This document shows positions 11,428 through 24,108 of a stretch of 64,000 nucleotides of DNA, in pieces. Position numbers and translations under genes: made by a program. Below the pieces are notes generated by a model. The model saw only the letters and a list, made by a program, of their open reading frames with translations, was not told the DNA's origin and ran no database searches. Within the stretch, counting starts at the first letter, position 1. The number at the start of each line of letters is the position of its first letter. The stretch is from NCBI GenBank assembly GCA_964234715.1, contig OZ174275.1. One strand, given 5' to 3'. Source of the DNA: Podarcis melisellensis (lineage: Eukaryota).

Positions 11428-14400
11428 ACACTGATCAAGCAAGTGTGCATGAGCCCTGTGCACAGGTTTGCAGCCTTGGTCTACTGCTTATCATCAGCTA
11501 TTCTGACTTAAAAATGGCTTACTATGTAATATTTTATATTGAACTGCTATCCATGGCGGTACCAAATATAGTCATTGTTTGCCTTGTTTGTCCCCTTGCA
11601 ATGAACGCCAAGCATTGTTCTCAGTGTATTGTGAAACCTTGCTACAGACATTGCTCTTTTGTCAAATAGTGTTATCCAGTGGTGAATTTGAACAAAGACT
11701 GCCCAAGGGGAAAATCAATGTGAGAGTTTCATCTCTTAGGTATCAGCTTTCAGGTGGTCATTCGAGCTACCATGCTGCTTTGAAGGAGTTTATCTTCACA
11801 CAGTGAAAAGAAAAGGGAAGTTCAGACAAGGCTCCAAATACACAGACCCCATGCATTGTGTATAGGATCGGAATTGTGCCCTCTCTGCCCACTGGGCATG
11901 GCAGTCCTGCCTGACACCCACAAGCTGGGTCCAATGTTTGTACAGTATAAGAGCCCACATGCATAGGTATCCTTGGCAGCAATTCTGCAAGGCATTTGCA
12001 AAACGTAACATATTAAATGCTTAACATTATTTTTCTGAAGGTTTGTCTCAGCTTAGTTGCAATGTGAACTTTATTCTCAAGAGTTTGGGGCAGGGAGTCA
12101 CTGCCCAATTGCATCCATTCAAAGCTTCTTGCAGAACAGTGTTTCCCAAAGTGAGGCAGGCATGCACCATGCTAAATGTACATGCAGAGGGGCACAGGAG
12201 CTTCTTCTCCTCTTGATTCTTGCATTCCTGCCCCACATTTTTGTGTGTGCCCATTATCCTTTTTTCCCCATGTTCTTCTGCTGTGTCACCCAAAGTTGCT
12301 CAGGACCCTAAGAGTGCTTTAGTGGTTCTGTAGGAGGTTGCCTCCTCTGAAAGACGCCTTAACACAACATTGCAATACGTACAAAATATAATCCAGTCTC
12401 TATTCTGGCCTAACCTCACATTTTTAGAGGGACTTGCTGAGAAAGCTGCAGCAATACTCCTGCACCAGCACCCGGACTGGGATCGGTAACTGACGAAAGG
12501 GGTGGGATGTAAATTAAATAAAAATGAAACAGATTCCAAAAACATTTTCCAGTCGGGGCTCCAATCCTCCTGTGGGATAGATGTGGCACTTGTCAGGATA
12601 GCAAATGATTTATTTGCTAATGATTTCAGAACTGAGGACCAATGGCAACTGTGGTTACAGCAGACCTCACAGCACATTCAATAATATTGAGCATGGGTTG
12701 CTGTTTCAGCAGATGAGAGACATTGCAGGGTGTGACCACATCTGCCAGTGTCATAGGCACAAGAAGAGAGTCAATCAGTGGTGATGGATAGCTATTCATC
12801 ATCCCAGAGATGCTTAAAATGTAGCATCCCTCAGAGATGCAATCTGCAGCTCACTTTGTGAACAATAAATATAGGGGCCCCTGAGGAATGTCATGCTAAG
12901 AGCAGAGATTCAGTTTGCTGATAATATGCAATTGAACGTTACTTGCCCTGTGAGGAACAGCAGCTCTTCCTGCTCCGGAGGAAGTGCCTGAACTACGTAG
13001 GACTGCCAGCTGCATAAACAGCTTGGGATCAGGCTAACTGAAAGTTTGCCTTCCTCTTCATGCATCTACTTGAACTTTAAAGTCCTCTTCCATGGACCTA
13101 TTCTGGGTACCCCTGCCAAACAGTGAGTCAGTAACTCTTAGGGAGTTGGCCTTTGCAGTAATGGCACCTGAATTTGAATGAATTTACCTTATTACAGTCA
13201 CAGACCAGCATAAGCAAAGCATCTAAATAAATAGCATAACAGTGAATGGCACCTTTATTATGGAAGAGCCTTCCCTGGGAGGCTCACCTGAGAAGGCTGT
13301 TGTGGTCTGGAGAACCTTCTGTTTAGGCAGACCTTTTAACCAACTTAGATAATCTGGGCTTCCATTTTTCGAAGTCTGTTTTTACTTTGGGTGGTGTGAC
13401 GAGTTCTGTTTCGTTGTACTTATGTAGTGTCTGTCTCCCCACACACACCTTGTTTTAACGGTTGTATGTTTTATTTAATATGTAAAAAGCAAATGCAATA
13501 TATATTGTGAGCCACCCAGAGAACATACAAATTCCATAAATAAATAAAAGTTATATTGACTTCAGGGAAGTTGTATCCAATTACTCTACCTGCAATTTTA
13601 GCCCAGAATGATGCTATTAATTTAAAAGAACTCCCTGTGCTAATTTTTAGATCAAGCTAAGTTAGACACATTGTGATCACCACCAGTATTCATTAGAGCT
13701 CTGTAGTAGTGGTGGTGGTGTGGTCTGCATCTTGTTTATCTATGGATAAGTTACAATCCCCTACCCCCTTCCACGAAAAGCCCACAACAGTATTTGGCAA
13801 ATGAACCTCTTGGTGCCTCGGCTAGTGGTCCTAGCCTGCCTGAAAGGGCACTGTGGAAAACTCTGGGCTTATTAAATTTAATGAGGAGTTCAACCGGTTC
13901 CTAAATAATTCACTGCTTATCATCATCAGCTGCTGTGGTAATAAGAGCTCAGCAAGTCACCACTTCAAGAAACTATGCCAGGCTGCCTCATGTCCAAAAC
14001 CAACTTACATAAAAGAAAGAAGTCTACAAAGATATTGGATGTTGCTTTAACGTATCAACAGGCATCATAAAAGACCAGGTTTTCAGTGGATATGTTATTA
14101 TATACCAACAGAATATTTGGTTTAGATACAGCTATGCTATAAAATTCATTTTGGCTTTAACGGTCATTCCCTCTCCCAGGTAACCTTGGAAATTGTAGTC
14201 TGATAATATGGAAAGAGGCTAGGGATTCCTAACAGAGAATGATGAGCTCCCACACCTGGCAGTGGCCAAGTTGACAATTAAAGGTAAGCCATAGTCTGAA
14301 ACAAACCACTGCTCACCTGCCCTCTCCTCCCTATACTGTGCCAGAAGAATATAAGCCAGAGCAGTGGCTTAGTATTACAGAAGAACTAGCACTTATGGTT

Positions 14401-16148
14401 TATTCCCCCAAAACAAACCACAAACGGTGAGCCAAGATCAACAAATTCTCTCTACCAATACACCATCGTTGCTGCTTTGGATCCCAGCTTTGGTAAACTG
14501 CTTCAAAATCACACACCTCCAGGCAATTTCTGGTGGAAATGAACATTTGAATGCTCTCATTTTAAAAACACAAACACAAAAAAATCGCTGCACATGGAAG
14601 TCAACACATTGGGGATAATGCTCCTCCGACATGTCCACTGTCTATAGGCAGCACATTTTGAAAATGTGTGAGACCATGCAGATTTGTGACACACTCACCA
14701 AGGTGTATCATGTGCATTTTCTAAACATCTTAATCTATTCCAAGCTGGAAAAAGCTATGGATCAAGGTTATAATTTTAAAAATGGAATTAAAAAAACAAG
14801 TCTTTAGCTCAGGGGTGGGAATCTGTGGTCATCTGAATGTTGGACTCCAATTCCCATCAGCCCCAGCCAGTATCCCAATTGACAGGAGTGATGGGAGCTA
14901 TAGTCCAGGAACATCTGGACAGCACCAGGTTCCTGATACCTACTTTGAACTGAATTAAAAGGTTAGTGTAGTGTTTAGATCAGGGATGGGGAACCTGCAG
15001 TCAGCATCTATCAGCCCCAGCCAATGGTTAGAGACAATGACAGCTGGATTTCAGCAACATCTGTTAGGTGATGGGAGGAAAGTATGATGTCAGCAACTTG
15101 GTGACTCAATACTTTTACAAAGTACAGAAATGAAACATATCTTCCTGACTCATAATGAGTACTATGAGAAGATTAGGAATTCAATAAGTGATGCCTACTT
15201 CTTCTCTTTCTATTTTCACAATAAGTGAAAACATTCCTCCTCAGTGATCCATAGTGATGTAAGCCCCTTAGTGTATCTTTCTTACATAGTGTTTGTACCA
15301 GTTTACCAGACAATGAACTTCCCATCAGTCATATACAACCATGACGTAATGCTACTGTTTATACAATTTAATTGGTGTTTCTTCCCCCTAAGAGGAAGTC
15401 ATCAATAATTTACAGCATGTCCTCTGAGCAATAAGGCGCCATCTCTCAAATCATGAGCAACTGGGCATAAGATCAGAGGGGCTTATGGTTTGGAAAAGGC
15501 AGACATTTTTGATCATGAAAGGAAAAGCAACAACACAAAGTAACTTAAGACTTTTCTTCGAGTACTGAGGACTAATGATGACACTGTTAAAAGGAAGTTC
15601 AGCTTGTGTATAAAAAAATGATTTGTTTGGGGGGAGTGTTCTGGAAAGCAATTCTCTCAGAGGGTTATTCAGCTAACACGTTACAGTGCAAGAGAAATAA
15701 ATTAGTACGAGCTAATATGAGCGAGGAGGGGAGTTTGCCATGGTACATGGAATGGAAAGTTGTCCTTTGGATATCACAGCTGGCTTCTATAAACCCTTTG
15801 CAAATGTGCCTAGAATCTACACATATTGAAAGATCGGGTACCCACCCTCCTTGAAATACAGAGCTAGTGGCTAGGATTTTTATTTTTTTTAAGTATTCCC
15901 CAAACTAAAATTTCAGCAGCAAAATTAGACAAGTTTTGCAACTGAAAGGTCTACAGTTTTAACAAATCTAAAGACTGTACAAAATTTTATTTCACTTGTA
16001 ATATAAGTGATTGAGTCTTATGGAGAAATGTCAAAACAAGATGAAAATCTCTGTAATTTCCCCAATGGTTCCATGCCCTTATAAATGTATCCCACCACGT
16101 GGTGCATTGAAGGGGGGATGGAAACACTGTAAACTTATTCACTGAAGC

Positions 16149-16151
<3 letters not shown>

Positions 16152-16199
<48 letters not shown>
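16152..16199. repeat. (TC)n microsatellite
   Basis: About 23 TC units with one interruption. Confidence 0.97.
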
Positions 16200-16769
16200 A
16201 TAAGCAATAAATATATGCCCCAGTTATATTACAACAGTTCCACATGGTAGCTTCCCTCCACAAGTCTCTTATAGCCTGTATCCCATTATGTACATAATAT
16301 GAAGAGAATACTTTGCAATGGGTAGATACCTTACTGCTCTTTGCCACATTTAATAAAGTGTCAGCAAAGTGCACTCCGGCGCTTGAGAAGGCAAGTTCAT
16401 AGCATCCCAAATTTAAAGCATTTTTAGGGAAAAGGAAATTTGTAAAAGAAGCAATTAGTTAAAATGATTTAATTTTTAGGAAGGGCAGGTGCAACCTATT
16501 GCCAAGTGCCCTCAAAATGGAATAATTTGAGGCAGAGAAGGTATGAAATAAGTAGGTGCTTAACCCTTCCTCTGTTAGCCATTTTTTTTTGGGGGGGGGT
16601 CTTCTCCCCTCCCCCTAGCCACTTTCACACCACTGCAGGGACAAGACCTGGGTCTGGCAAGAGTAAAAGCAACTTGGTGGAGAAGCTTCAGCAGGAAAAG
16701 ATGGTTGGCCAGAAAATGATTAAGCACCTTCAAGCTAAGAATAGATGCAGGTCAAATGCCCAACTAGTC

Positions 16770-17545
16770 AGCATCCACTTCTCACAGTGGACAAAGAGAT
16801 GCCTATGGGAAACTCACAAAAAGCAGGATATAACTACAACAGCACTCTCCTCCCTCACTTGCAATTCCCAGCAACTGGTATTCAGAGGCTTATTGCCTCC
16901 AACAGTGGAGGTAGAAGATAGTTATCCTTAAATCTCCCAACACTCAGTTTCATTAAAAAAGGTAAAGGGACCCCTGACCATTAGGTCCAGTCGCAGACGA
17001 CTCTGGGGTTGCGGCGCTCATCTCACTTTACTGGCCGAGGGAGCCGGCGTACAGCTTCCGGGTCATGTGGCCAGCATGACTAAGCCGCTTCTGGTGAACC
17101 TGAGCAGCACACGGAAACGCCGTTTACCTTCCCGCCAGAGCGGTACCTATTTATCTACTTGCACGGCCCTAAATTCTATGACACACAAGGGAAAACATTT
17201 CTTTGTCCACTTTCTCCACACCCTGCACAACTGTAACGCCTCTATCATGTTCCCCCACCCTTTACATTCCCCTTTTCCTAAAATGAAAATTATAAATGTT
17301 GCAACCTTTCCTCACAGCGGAACAGCTCCAAACCCTCAGTCATTTCAGTTGCTCTTTTCTGCACATTTCCCAACTCTGCAATATCCTTTTTGAGGTGAGG
17401 CAACCAGAACTGTACACCATATTCCAAGTGCAGCTGCACCCTAAATATGTATACTGGCATTATGATACTGGCACTTTTATCTTCAGGCCCTTTTCTAACG
17501 ACTTCTAGAATGAAATTCACCTCTTTCACAGCTGCCACACACAAG
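16770..17545 (-). mobile_element. Decayed CR1 LINE fragment interrupted by a Sauria SINE
   Basis: Minus ORF 17290-17685 contains HLEYGVQFWLPHLKKDIAELGNVQKRATEM, the CR1 ORF2 C-terminal motif; 16770-16930 resembles the 3' part of the CR1 at 32060. Confidence 0.8.
16958..17164 (-). mobile_element. Sauria SINE, 5'-truncated
   Basis: Near-identical to 10264-10480, including the AAAGGT tail and core. Confidence 0.9.
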
Positions 17546-17731
17546 GTCGCAGAGTTTTGTTTTGTTTTGAAGCAGATTTTCAAATTGCCCCAATTTCTCA
17601 CCAAGACATCCCACCCCAAGAGTCCAACTGCCAGATGCATTAAGGGTGCTCTGAAATCAGCAGAATGCTGGGAATATCTCCACAACAGCTTAAAGGAAAA
17701 TGAGTGGCTTGAGCAATAAAAGAATTGTGTA

Positions 17732-17973
17732 CAGTGGTACCTCGGGTTAAGTACTTAATTTGTTCCGGAGGTCCGTTCTTAACCTGAAACTGTTCTTAAC
17801 CTGAAGCACCACTTTAGCTAATGGGGCCTCCTGCTGCCGCTGCACCGCCGGAGCACGATTTCTGTTCTCATCCTGAAGCAAAGTTCTTAACCCGAGGTAC
17901 TATTTCTGGGTTAGCGGAGTCTGTAACCTGAAGCGTATGTAACCTGAAGCGTATGTAACCCGAGGTACCACTG
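17732..17973 (-). mobile_element. Tc1/mariner MITE family A copy 4
   Basis: Complete TIRs and TA duplication. Confidence 0.9.
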
Positions 17974-19564
17974 TACATTTGTTTCGCAGCAAACTGTGTG
18001 GAAAGATCCAGATCTTTGTCTGGATCTGTTTCACCACGCAGAGATGAATATCAAATAAAAAACAAACAACCACTGAAAATTTACAGGGGCATTTTGCCTA
18101 ATGACAACAAGCATGTTCTGAGCAGCGCTTATTAAAGGAAAACAAAGGGACAATTTTCATCTCTCAAATGACAGGGGGAAATCATTGTTTCAGCCTATAT
18201 GTGTAGTCCTGGGGGCACGAAAGTTTACAAAGCTTGGTGTTTGTATAATTTCTCATTTCTAGGGGAGTATAACTACTACAGATGCCAACCATCCTTTCGT
18301 TTTTTTCAGTCCAGGATATACAAACCCCAAAATGCAGCGCAGGAAGCAAGGTTCATGTGATTTTGAAATCATACCTTTGAGAACATGATAATGGAGAATA
18401 ACCAAGCAAATAGGGGGCGGGAAATAATTTTTTCTGAGAAAGAAATGACTGCAAGGACAGAAGCGAATGGAGTTAATTAGCAACTGGGGAGTAAAAGCCA
18501 AGCTTCAGGTGCAACTATGTGCATGCCTCCACGGCTTAGGTTAAACAGAACAGCTTTGGGAAAGCTACAACTAAACCCATTTATCACAGCCGATAAAATG
18601 GTCTCAGTGGTGTTTAAATGTTGTAAGTTCTGAGGCTGTTTTAATTGGATAGAAAGCCTTGAATTATAAAGTCAGTTGTGTGATGGAATCAACAACCAAA
18701 ACACCAGAAGTCAATAATATATTTACACTCTATCTCCCTTATCAGACTGATAACATGGGCAGCACACATGAATTTTATAAAGAGAGAGAACAAACATTTT
18801 ACATTTGCAGTGATTGCTCTGTGCATAGTAGAAATTAAGGCACCAATGGCCATGGGTAGAGGGAAAAACCAAAGCTGCAGATTTTGTGATAATGATAATA
18901 GTAACAAAGACACGAGTGGCCTTCTGTGTGACAGTTACATCATTGTCCACTTACACGAGGCAGCTGGTGTTCCCTCTACATTTGATGTGGCATGGTGCAA
19001 TTACAAAATTTAATGATATCTGGAGGAACAATGGGCCATGTATATACTGGTTCTGGCAGATGAAGCATAATAGAAGGAGGTGATCAACAGTTATGAAATG
19101 AATACTAGAGAAGGAAAGTTCCCAATCCAGTTTGAGGACAGTTGTGTGCACAAAGCCCACAAACATACAGTTTGTAATGTGTAGGCTCTGTGCCAACATG
19201 GTTCTGAATGTACATGGTGGGGGTGGGTAGGGATGGGGCCAGGAGGTATGAAACAACTTCCTCCATTTATGTACTCTATTTACTGCACGTACTCAGTGTA
19301 CACGCAGAGCTTTAGATAGGTTTTATTTATATTAAACTATCAGTGTGAACAAAACAAGGAGCTAGCATGATGCAACCCGTAACGCGTCTAGTTACACCAA
19401 TATATCATATCAATATAAAAATCACTTTTAAAGAGCACTGATCATCAGATTTCTAAAAAGAAGTATTTGCTGAACTGCCTTGCCCACTCTCTCAAATGCA
19501 TATATGTGATGCTAAAGAGAATGGTTATCCTGGATGAGGGTCTCCCAAAATCAAGCAGTCTTAC

Positions 19565-19655
19565 AAGTGCAATCCTATGCATGTCTTGGGCTGGGAATAC
19601 ACTCCACTGAACATTGTGGGACTTACTTCCGAGGAAACATGAACAGGATTGCACT
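19565..19655. repeat. Short palindromic interspersed repeat (GCAATCCTA...GGATTGCA); relatives near 11045, 31447 and 54835
   Basis: AGTGCAATCCT / AGGATTGCACT termini, with several degenerate relatives in the window. Confidence 0.55.
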
Positions 19656-20486
19656 GTACATCTTGCAGATTTGGGAAACATGTCCGGCCACGTGCATAGT
19701 TACTGTGCAACAATTGTGCTGTTGTTAAAAATTATTTCACAGGGGCATGTTTGAACACAACATGGTAAAATTCCACAATATATGAATAGTCTCAAATAAT
19801 AAGTTTCAGACCTATTGACTGCAGTGCTAGGAGAATTACACCAGTCCAAGTGGAAGAATCTGGATTTTTGTCTCATCCCACAAAGAGACTGAAGCAAAGC
19901 TGCAGTGAAAGCCGCCATCCATTTATCACACTGTATGCTGCTCCCCCTGAGAGGCAGAGCAAAAGCAGATCAATAGTAAACATGGAGCAGGGACAGCTAA
20001 TCTGCACCCAGAGCGTTGCTGCAAATTAAAAAGAATATGCAATCATCACAGTCCTCTTGCCCCTTGCCATTATTCTATTGGATGATAATTAAAATCCACA
20101 GGCCAAATTCAATCTGAGAATAACTCTATGGATTCCAGGAGAGATTCAGCAGAGATCAGTTCACCTCGTTATGTTAATTGTGCTGTAGCTGAAAAGGGCA
20201 GCAGCAGCAGTAGCAACAACAACAAAAGGAGGAGGAGCGAGGAAGCCTCAATGTAACAGCAAAGTTGTTAACTCCTGCCTGCTAGGCACATGGACTAGAG
20301 TGGCTGCTGCCATCCGCCACAACCTTGATGCTTTTGTATTCCATGGAAAGAATCTTCCAGGAGCTCAGGTCATTTACATGCTGAGTTCCCCACACTGGTA
20401 TTTCAGAAAGGCTGCAGTGTTGTTTCACAGCTCTCGGCAAAAGACGTGCAAACCTTTGCCTAATATTAGGCTTCTTTCTGCTATAC

Positions 20487-20623
20487 CAGACATAGGCAAA
20501 CTCGACCCTCCAGATGTTTTTGGGACTACAACTCCCATCATCCCTGACCACTGGTCCTGTTAGCTAGGGATGATGGGAGTTGTAGTCCCAAAACATCTGG
20601 AGGGCCGAATTTGCCTATGCCTG
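20487..20623. mobile_element. Palindromic hAT-type MITE, young copy
   Basis: Near-perfect 137-bp fold-back; perfect 8-bp TSD TGCTATAC (20479-20486 and 20624-20631); older relatives near 602, 3170, 7580, 14810, 14980, 22921 and 54119. Confidence 0.9.
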
Positions 20624-21019
20624 TGCTATACAGCCACCCATGCAGCTATGCGTCCTCCTCATTGGATCTACCTCATACCACATCCTCCAATATATCCTTC
20701 ACCCTGTGTGGTAACAGATGACCACCTTTATTACATATTTTCCCACACCATCTACACTTGATGTATAGTGAAATCACTCTTATTTATATACTCATTATTG
20801 GGGGGTGGGGCTGGAATTATACCCTTCCCTCTACCAGGTCTTAAACCTTGGCTTTCGAATCAACATCGAAGAAAACCCAAACTTCAGTCTAAAAATGACA
20901 CAAGGCAATGGCAGATCCAGCAACAGCAAAACAGGGAGATGAAAACAGCACAGAGATAAATTTATTTACAACTGGTCAAAGTCTCGAGAGAGAAACTCTT
21001 CTGCTCCTAAAGTGTGAAA

Positions 21020-21145
21020 GGCCATGGTTCAGTGGCAGAGTATTTGCTCTGCATGCAGAAGGTCCCAATCCCCAGCATTTCCAGGAAGGGCTTGGAAGAG
21101 AGCGCAGTCTGAAAGACCCACTAGAGAGTCACAGTCAGTCAGAGA
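21020..21145 (+). mobile_element. tRNA-derived SINE remnant
   Basis: Head GGCCATGGTTCAGTGGCAGAG...TGCATGCAGAAGGTCCC with an A-box and a decayed B-box, followed by non-tRNA body. Confidence 0.65.
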
Positions 21146-22493
21146 AGTCCTGCTTTCTGTACTGTTTGTGCCAGCAAACATTTGAGGGCAGTCAGATTGC
21201 TTCACTCCCAATCAGTGCCTATCCTGTTGTAACTTCCTGCTGAAAGCCTTTAACTTTGTATACCACAAATATTCTTGTTTATTTTTGGCTTGCATTTGTT
21301 GTACTGTAGCCCGCTCTGGGACAGCAATAATGTGGTAGCATTGGGGAAGTACTGCAGAACAAACTAAAGCAGAAAAAAGGCATCACCAATGCACCAATGC
21401 ACTATTATTGTGTTAAGAACATGTTGCAGAAATAAATGAACAAATAAAACAGCAGTCTGTCTAGATGGGCCCTATGTTATGTCAGAATTTCTGTGTTGGC
21501 TGACCTCAGAAGCCAACAGACCTCAACTCTATTTACGGTATTTATTAAGTGCCACGGATGTGCATGGAGGACAGGCCCCTGCCCCCAAGGAGTTTACAGT
21601 TTCAAAGAGGAGGTTACAACCTCCTGTTAATCAGCTGGCTGGAGGCTGGAAAGAACGAACAATCTGAATATTCCTTAAATATATAATTATAGAACCTGCA
21701 TTGAAAATAAATTTCTCAAGTAAGCATTGGTTGTATGTTTTTCATGTGCGTTAAATGGTCACAGAAGAACCTAGTGCTTGAGACTTACTTTGGTTTGTAG
21801 AGCAGCTTCCCAGAGGAGCTTGAGGCCTTGAAAGTGTGTTAATAAGCAACTGTTCTAAAGAACAAAGCCCTCTTGTTTAACAACTGTCCTACTGGTCAGT
21901 GCCTCAGACTTTTGTTGAAGCTTCTCGCAGTGTTGGAGAATTACTGCTTTCTCTGAAGCTGGCGTTGATCTGTGGCTGAGGAACCAGAAAGAACAGCAGT
22001 GTAGACCCTCCCCCCATTTATTCTGTATCCAGTGCACTCCGACCACTGGTTTGGGAAGTGGTGTACATGCAACGTTATCCTGTAGCTATGCTGCCATTTC
22101 ATATGAAATATTGCATTCTGATATGTTTTCCCTCAAACCAGCTTTGAGCCAAATGGAGAAAAAGAACAGCCTAGCTGCATTCTGAGATGGTAACGTGCCC
22201 ACAGCAGCGTCACCTGGGATGAAACCTATACCTGCCTAGAGGCTACTTCAGGACAAGGCAGCAGACTGCGCAAGTTGTTAAAATGAGCCACAAATGACAG
22301 CAGCCTGTTGAGCCGCCCCAAGCAAGCCAAGTGGGACCTGGGAAGGGAATGCAAAGAAAATGGTTACTTTTCCTTCAAGCACCTGAATTTCAAAAAAGGA
22401 AAAGATTCCCTCCATAATGTGGTGGCTACCAAAAGACATTAGATTATAACTTCCAAGGACGATGGGAGCTGGAGTCCAACAACAAGTAGAATA

Positions 22494-22752
22494 CAGTGGT
22501 ATCTCGGGTTGCAAACACCTCGGGTTACAAACACTTCGGGTTACAGACTCCGCTAACCTGGAATTAGTACCTCGGGTTAAGAACTTTACCTCAGGATGAG
22601 AACAGAAATCGCGCGCCGGTGGCACGGTAGCAGCGGAAGGTCCCATTAACTAAAGTGGTACCTCAGGTTAAGAACGGTTTCAGGTTAAGAACAGTTTCAA
22701 GTTAAGAACAGACCTCCAGATCGAATTAAGTTCGTAAGCAGAGGTATCACTG
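22494..22752 (+). mobile_element. Tc1/mariner MITE family A copy 5
   Basis: TIRs with one mismatch each; TA duplication. Confidence 0.9.
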
Positions 22753-23879
22753 TACACCAGGTTGGGCTGGTATACAACTCAAAACTTTAGTTCGTTTCCG
22801 TTTAATTTTTGATCAGTAGATTCCAGAGTAGACACCAAGACTTCCAAATGGAAGTTATACCAGATTACAAAACTACCCAACGTCCACTTGCCAATTTAGA
22901 CAATCCCTACAGCTGCTGAACAGGGAGTTGGAGCTTGTGGGCCTCCAAATGTTGCTGTACTCCAATTCTCATCAGCTGCTGCCAAAATGGTCAATGATCA
23001 TGGGATGATGGGAGTTGTAGTTCAGCAACATCTAGAGAGCTACAGGTTCCCCATTATCTGTTCTAGAAAGAGAAATAAAACTTTCCAAGATCTTAGATGG
23101 TGAAAAATAGTCCCTTCCTGATCTCAGCAGGCAGCAATGGAGACCCTGGGGGAAAATGGCAATAGTTCATAAAATATCTTTCAGATAAGACATAACATGG
23201 ACCTTACACTATAGAGGTTGATAGGGGAGAACAATAGTCTTTCCATCATGTGTATTTCAGGGGAAGTAATGGCAGCACCGTGCACCAGAATATGTGCTCA
23301 CCTCACTTCTGGGTGTGGAGGCACTGCAGAAATCTGAGTAAAGATGCATGGAAAACAGGGACAGATTGGCAGGGTTGTAGAGCAGTGGCTCATCAAGTGT
23401 ATTTTAGGCCTAAAATTTCCATCAGCCCATGCTGGTTTCCATTCCTGTAGCACAACCTTCTATGGACAGTGGGAGGGATGGGTGCCTTTTCAAAACCCTG
23501 CTTGTTGGTGGTGTGAATCGCCCAACCTCCAGCTTCTGCACCAGGAAACACCCTGAAACAGCTCAGCTGGATTCAGCACTTCCTCCTACTCAGCGAGGGG
23601 TAGCACCTTGCCGACCACGGGCTATAGATCCTCCTTCACAGTGGGTGGCATCCCATGCCTAGCAAATCAGGCAGTTCTTAGCGGGGAAACAGTGTTGCTA
23701 AGGGACAGCTGTGGAAGTAGCAGATGCTTAATGAGAGCATATGAGGGCTCACAGAAGGCCAGCCTGGTGGCAACCACGTGGATGCTTCGTGGGTGAAGAG
23801 CAGTTTGTTCTGTTTTGCAAAATAACTGATGAAGGGATGCATTTGTCCCTGTCATGTGAAGATTCTATGTACCCTACTA

Positions 23880-24108
23880 AAGTGGTACCTCGGGTACAGT
23901 GGTACTTAATTTGTTCCGGAGGTCCGTTCTCAACCTGAAACTGTTCTTAACCTGAAGCACCACTTTAGCTAATGGGGCTTCCTGCTGCTGCCGCACCGCC
24001 GGAGCACGATTTCTGTTCTCATCCTGAAACAAAGTTCTTAACCTGAGGTACTATTTCTGGGTTAGCAGAGTCTGTAACCTGAAGCGTATGTAACCCGAGG
24101 TAGCACTG
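23880..24108 (-). mobile_element. Tc1/mariner MITE family A copy 6, rearranged left end
   Basis: Family A body; left end reads AAGTGGTACCTCGGG-TACAGTGGTAC-TTAATTTG. Confidence 0.85.
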
